Assembly (NCBI RefSeq): GCF_009914755.1
Contig: NC_060937.1
Origin: the human T2T-CHM13v2.0 reference genome, Homo sapiens
Direction: 5' to 3' (one strand)
DNA length: 64,000 bases
Part shown: in pieces, positions 57,166-64,000 of the stretch
How positions within the stretch are numbered: position 1 is the first letter of the stretch
How the letters are laid out: each line of letters opens with the position of its first letter
Translations under genes and position numbers: made by a program
Notes under the pieces: model-generated
Told to the model about the DNA's origin: nothing
Database searches by the model: none
What the model saw: the letters and a program-made list of their open reading frames with translations, nothing else

Positions 57166-58715
57166 TGTGTCCGGAATTGGTGGGTTCTTGGTCTCACTGA
57201 CTTCAAGAATGAAGCCGCGGACCCTCGCAGTGAGTGTCACAGCTCTTAAGGTGGCACGTCTGGAGTCTGTCCCTTCTGATGTTCAGATGTGTTCGGAGTT
57301 TCTTCCTTCTGGTGGGTTCGTGGTCTCTCTGGGCTCAGGAGTGAAGCTGCAGACCTTCGCGATGAGTGTTACAGCTCTTAAGGCAGAGCGTCTGGAGTTG
57401 TTCGTTCCTCCCGGTGGCCTCGTGGTCTCGCTGGGCTCAGAGTGAAGCTGCAGATCTTCGCGGTGAGTGTTACAGCTCATAAAAGCAGCGTGGACCCAAA
57501 GAGTGAGCAGTAGCAAGATTTATTGCAAAGAGCTAAAGAACAAAGCTTCCACAGTTTGGAAAGGGACCCCAACGGGTTGCCAATGCTGGCTAGGGCAGCC
57601 TGCTTTTATTCTCTTATCTGGCCCCCACCCACATCCTGCTGATTGGTAGAGCCCAGTGGCCTGTTTTGTCAGGGCGCTGATTGGTGCGTTTACAATCCCT
57701 GAGCTAGATACAAAAGTTCTCCACGTCCCCATCAGATTAGTTAGATACAGAGTTTTGACACACAGGTTCTCCAAGGCCCCACCAGAGCACCTAGATACAG
57801 AGTGTCGATTGGTGCATTCACAAACCTTGAGCTAAACACAGGGTACTGATTGGTGTGTTTACAAACCTTGAGCTAGATACAGAGTGCCAATTGGTGTATT
57901 TACAATCCCTGAGCTAGACATAAAGGTTCTCCAAGGCCCCACCAGAGCAGCTAGATACAGAGTGTCAATTGGTGCACTCACAAACCTTGAGCTAAACACA
58001 GGGTGCTGATTGGTGTATTTACAATCCCTGAGCTAGATATAAAGGTTCTCCACGTCCCCACCAGACTCAGGAGCCCAGCTGGCTTCACCTAGTGGATCCC
58101 GCACTGGGGCTGCAGGTGGAGCTGCCTGCCAGTCCTGCGCCGTTGGCTCGCATTCCTCAGGCCTTGGGTGGTCGATGGGACTGGGTGCCGTGGAGCAAGG
58201 GATGGCGCTCGTCGGGGAGGCTCGGGCCGCACAGGAGCCCATGGAGTGGGTGGGAGGCTCAGGCATGGCGGGCTGCAGGTCCCGAGCCCTGCCCCGGGGG
58301 AATGTAGCTAATGCCCGGCAAGAAATCGAGCATAGCGCCGGTGGGCCAGCACTGCTGCGGGACCCAGTACACCTTCCGCTGCCACTGGCCCGGGTGCTAA
58401 GTCCCTCATTGCCCGGGGCCAGCAGGGCTGGTGGGCTGCTCCGAGTGCGGAGCCCGCCAAGCCCTCGCCCACCCGGAGCTCCAGCTGGCCCGCAAGCGCC
58501 GCACGCAGCCCTGGTTCCCGCTCGCGCCTCTCCCTCCACACCTCCCTGCAAGCTGAGGGAGTGGGCTCCAGCCTTGGCCAGCCCAGAAAGGGGCTCCCAC
58601 AGTGCAGTCGGGGGCTGAAGGGCTCCTCAAATGCCGCCAAAATGGGAGCCCAGGCAGGGGAGGTGCCGAGAGCAAGCGAGGGCTCTGAGGACTGCCAGCA
58701 CGCTGTCACCTCTCA
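57166..58715 (-). mobile_element. LTR12C (ERV9) solo LTR
   Basis: Minus strand starts TGAGAGGTGACAGCGTGCTGGCAG and ends CCACCAATTCCGGACACA; 4-bp TSD tcag/ttag; U3 tandem subunits. Confidence 0.96.
57600..58045 (-). promoter_or_regulatory. LTR12 U3 enhancer/promoter: tandem CCAAT (NF-Y) and GATA motifs, AATAAA TATA-like box
   Basis: attggt at ~57642, 57680, 57808, 57849, 57890, 57968, 58009; repeated agata; ttttatt at ~57604-57610. Activity is inferred from known ERV9 LTR biology. Confidence 0.7.
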
Positions 58716-58719
58716 TTAG

Positions 58720-59310
58720 TATTGTTGCAGTTATCATTGCTATATAACAAATTACCCAAAAAAACTTGGCACAAAATGAAAACGATTTTATTATATCTCA
58801 TAGGTTCTGTGGAAAAAGAATTTGGACAGGACTGGGCTGGGTGATTTTTCTACTCCTTGCACTGTTGACAGGGTCATTTACTGTTGCTTCTATGGTACAC
58901 GGATTTGGAAAGCTCAAGACAACTCCACTGCCATTTCTGGGATGGATGGAAGACTGGCCTCAGTTGTAACTGCCAACTAGAGTGACCAAACTTAGTCTCT
59001 GAATCCTGGCAGTCTCAGGGTACTCGCACTGCTTTCATAGCAGCTGAGTTTCCCCAGAGCGACTGTCCCAAGACAACCAGGCAGAGTTGCATGAGCTTTT
59101 CTCACCTTGTGTCCGAATCCATGCACCGTCACTTCCACCACATTCTCTTGGGTGTAAGTAAGTCATGAGGCCAGCCCAGTTCTCAAGTGGAGAAGAATTA
59201 ATCTCCACATCTTGACAGGGAGTAACAAGGTCAAATTGCGAAATAATTTATAGAATGGGAGACAATGTTGTGGTCAACTTTGAAACATACAACCTGAAAA
59301 ATACAATCTG
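58720..59310 (-). mobile_element. MLT1F/G/H-like MaLR LTR
   Basis: attgctatataacaaattacccaaa; gtcacttccaccacattct; aagtcatgaggccagcccag; ctccacatcttga. Confidence 0.75.
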
Positions 59311-59314
59311 GAAA

Positions 59315-59395
59315 TTCACTTATTGCCCAGAGTCACTTGACTAATAAGTGGTAGATTTAGGATTTTAACCCAGGCAAAGTCTGACACTAAAGAAG
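59315..59395 (-). mobile_element. MIR fragment
   Basis: ttgcccagagtcac...ctaataagtggtag...ggattttaacccaggc..tctgac. Confidence 0.65.
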
Positions 59396-60815
59396 CCTTT
59401 TCATAATAATTTTATAATGGCTTGGAGAGAGACAGAGGGGAAAGAGAGAGACAGAGAAATACAGAGAATACTGTTTGGAAATCTTATTTTAGACTAAAAA
59501 TTAGAGTTTTAGAATATAAAATAGTTTGCCATTTATCTCTTTTTTGTTTATCATATCACTAAATCTTTGTATGTATCATATGAATCAAAGATCGATTAAG
59601 GTGGAATATTTAGTCTTCTCTTTTACCCTTTATGCTTTTTCATAACATTGTGTCTGATATAAAGTAAATGAACAAGAAAGATTTGTTGAATGAATGAAGG
59701 TATGTTTTGTGCAAATGCTGGCAAAGGGAAGATAGTGTGTATTTGGAAAAATAAAGGCACAGTCTTAAGTATTTTCTAGGAATCGTAAACCTTTTATCTT
59801 TCCTTTGAGCTGCCTGTTGAAACCTATTTTCTGTGGGATTATTTTGTTTTCTATCCTAAGCTTAAAGCATATAAAGATACATATTCCCCTCCCCTTTCTT
59901 ACCATTAACTTCACATTAAAAATATTTGAATATAGGAAATACAAAAATAGTTTTTGTGTAAATATGCAGGTTATTTTACATAATACATTATTAAATAAAA
60001 TGTCTGTAGTAAATTAAACTATTGCAATTAAAAGTATAAGCAACTAATTTACTATACCCCTGTAATTAAAACTTTAAAAAATTGTATAATTTTCAACTTT
60101 GACTTGTTTAAAAAGTTACAAAATTATAAGTGATATATAATTAAAATGTATGTACAAATATGTCATATAAGGAAACTTGTTTATCCAACTACTGCAAATT
60201 TTTTAAAAGTAACATTTATTTTATTTCATACTCATAAATCTCTCTCCTAAAATATGATAAACGGATGAATAGCTTTTGTTTCTAAATTCTCTCAGAATTT
60301 GCCAAGGCAGTAGAGAGGATTTTTCTATTGCTTAGGAGGAAAGCATTTGGTATAATTTATTTGCTCAAAGTTAGCATTTCCATATGAGAAAACACAATGT
60401 TGCCATGACAATATGCCAGAAAAATCATAAATAAAATGCAAAATGACATATAACCTATTCTGTTTTAGAAAACAGGTCCAATTTTTAAAATATATGGAAA
60501 TTTTATTTTTGAAAACTCTTTATAAGGAAACAATTTAATAAATAAAATAAGTTTGATTTAATTACATTTCAAATGCATGATAAAAAGAAATCTCATTGGA
60601 TCTCAAGTTAGTCTCTTCATTTCCTTTTATTCCATTGGTTAACATTGGAAAATATCTTATGTGTGAAGTGTGAAGGGATCACCTTTTAATGGCTTGTGGA
60701 GAATTAATGGAGAATGCATGTATATAAAATTGATTCCATCAGACATTGATAGATTCCTTTTCAGTTAGTATTTGCTTTATCTAAAGGTAGCATTAGTTAG
60801 TTGACTAACTTACCC

Positions 60816-61113
60816 TTTTTTTTTTTTTTTTTTTTAAGACAGAGTTTCACTCTTGTTGCCCAGGCTGGAGTGCAATGGTGCCATCTGGGCTCACTCACTG
60901 CAACCTCTGTCTCCGATTCTCCTGCCTCAGCCACCCAAGTTGCTGGGATTACAGGCTCCTGCCACCTACACCCGGCCAATTTTTTGTATTTTTATTAGAG
61001 ACGGGGTTTCACCATGTTGGCCAGGCTGGTCTTTAGCTCCCGACCTCAAATGATCCACCCACCTCAGCCTCCCAAACTGCTGGGATTATAAGTGTGAACC
61101 ACCGCCTCCGGCC
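60816..61113 (-). mobile_element. AluS (Sq-like)
   Basis: Full reverse Alu with a small deletion; TSD taa(c/t)ttacc. Confidence 0.95.
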
Positions 61114-61787
61114 TAATTTACCTTTTTAAGCCTTTAGTTGATGGAATGAAAAGTAACAATTCAGTGGGCGACTAAGAGAGAAGAAAATGGCATTTGTTTC
61201 CTGTCAGAACTGGAATTTGATTGTTGCTAACATTTCTGAACATAGCAGTTACTTAAGCAGAAAAAAGAGGAGAGAAAAAGACAACACATCTAAAAGCAAA
61301 AAAATGTGTCCTTTCCTTTTATTCTTGGTTGATGGAACCCAGTGTATAATGAAATCAACTTTGTTCCCCTCTTGGTCTTGGAGGTCCCATTTGGTTCTTT
61401 TATGTCAGTCTTTGTAGTTGCCATCCCTCATGTATCAGACCAGCTTTCACAAGTTCAGGTGGGCTGTCTTGCGTTTGGTGATGCTGGCTCTCCACGGCCC
61501 AATTACAAGGATAAGGCATGCTTGTGAACAAAGCTGTTAACCCTTAGATCTTACCACAAGGTAGCATATAGATGGAGGACAAAACTCCTCAGGTCACTTT
61601 GATTGTCTTTGTCTCTTATGGTGCAAAGTGATGACCTAGACAGTAACAAGGCCTTGATTATCTATCCCCCAGGGTCCAAAAGCAAATACACATGACCTTT
61701 TCATTTTGAAAAAAAAATCAAAAGTAACCAGGGGCTAGGTGTGAACTGTTTCTCTTAAGATTGAATCTTTGCAAAAAGAATTTGCTA

Positions 61788-62198
<411 letters not shown>

Positions 62199-62295
62199 CT
62201 AGAGGAATAGAAAGTTTCAATAATATAAGGAAATAATTGAGTTATTTTTTTCATTCTGAAGTTAATTTCTCCTAAAAGTTGTTGAAAATCACATG

Positions 62296-62599
<304 letters not shown>

Positions 62600-62676
62600 A
62601 TGAAAAGTCACATCTTTTTATTTAATCCTTCACAGAGACAGAAAATCATATCTTTATAGAAATACATTTATGCTAA

Positions 62677-63006
<330 letters not shown>

Positions 63007-63464
63007 TGACAGATGAATTCAGTGATGACATTGATTTCAGTTTCCTATAAAATGGCATTTGAATAGCAATACATTGGGAAGAACACCTTTATTCAGAAGG
63101 ATATAAAGGAAATAAAGGATATCATCTCCAACAGTAGTTGACACAAATTATCATGTGGACCTTCAACATTTTTTTAGAAACTATTTGTTTACAAGTATGA
63201 TTCCCTGCTTCAGAGCTAAAGCACTATCTTACTTATTTTTATTTCCCAAGTAATAGCAGAATTATTTCCAAATAGAAGGTGTTCAATAAATGTTTAATAC
63301 ATAACATATAATGTTGGCAAATCATAGCAACAAGTTTTGTTAAAGAGACCTGGAGATCTTGACCAAAAAGAATATTCAATAGTTTTATTCATATTTAATT
63401 AACAACAATAAAAGGAGACACTCTAGTATTAGACAAATTTCATTAGTTGATAATATGAACAAAT

Positions 63465-63860
63465 GTGCAGGTATCAACAGTGTGCTCTGCCCAGAGCCCT
63501 CAGCATACACCATTTCCCTACCGTCTAGGGCTTCCTATTGCAAGCACCTGCAAGTTTGTGCTTGAGGACTTTCAGTGGTCACAAGAGCCTGTCCCACCAT
63601 GTAACCCATGTAAAGGGCTGCCTGGACGTGCCAGGAATTTATGTCCTTGGGAGCAGCTAATATGATATGTAGTTGGTAGATACATACCCAGCACCTTCAC
63701 CCTCATGTATAAACATAGTCTCCCAGAATTCCTTATCAGAATTGAGCCCCAGGTGCTTACTCTGCCATTGGCTGGCTTCTCTTTCTCACATTTCTGCTCC
63801 CCTACTACTCCCAGAGCTCAAATAAGCTAACTGCATATATATCTTTTTCTCAGTCTGACC
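63465..63860 (+). mobile_element. LTR16-like ERVL LTR
   Basis: caggaatttatgtccttgggagcagc; tcccagaattcc..cagaattgagccccag; caaataagctaactgca. Confidence 0.6.
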
Positions 63861-64000
63861 TGTTTTATCATACAAAACTATTTTTTCTTTCAGTAAAAAT
63901 CTAAATTATTTATTTATATTTCATTGTTCTTTCATTCAATATGCATCTACTGTCACCCATCATGTACAGTGAATTCTTGTTAACACTAAAATGTTCTTTT

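Noticed and set aside
57690-58045. Repeat-spacer-like periodicity resembling a CRISPR array
   Set aside because: These are the standard ERV9 U3 tandem subunits in eukaryotic DNA; no unique spacers or cas genes.
57092-58709. Overlapping long GC-rich ORFs (up to 172 aa) as genes
   Set aside because: They lie in or overlap LTR12C; GC-rich LTR sequence is stop-poor.

Overview
Primate (probably human or other hominoid: AluY and LTR12C present) AT-rich non-coding genomic DNA, intergenic or deep intronic, with a large part derived from transposable elements. I cannot support any cellular protein-coding gene, tRNA, rRNA or CRISPR array. Many listed ORFs are Alu, L1, ERV, LTR or Tigger read-throughs and the rest match nothing I recognise. 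Main content: (i) a nested ERV1 complex at ~4.9-14.9 kb, comprising a minus-strand MER57-type provirus (LTR, PPT, env ISD, pol remnants, tRNA-Leu PBS, truncated 5' LTR), a plus-strand ERV remnant (LTR fragment, integrase, env SU start) and a third LTR; (ii) a 5'-inverted (twin-primed) L1PA at 18.6-20.7 kb; (iii) old L1M/L2/MIR/MLT fragments, a near-complete Tigger1, an ERVL-type solo LTR, a CpG-rich LTR12C solo LTR and about 18 Alu pieces. I found no new gene system. The most unusual signal is structural: four local templated copy-ins (about 26-280 bp), each copied from a donor about 1-2.4 kb to the right, plus an Alu microinversion and several short duplications with filler. Subfamily names come from recalled consensus motifs, not from a RepeatMasker run, and boundaries of old elements are approximate.
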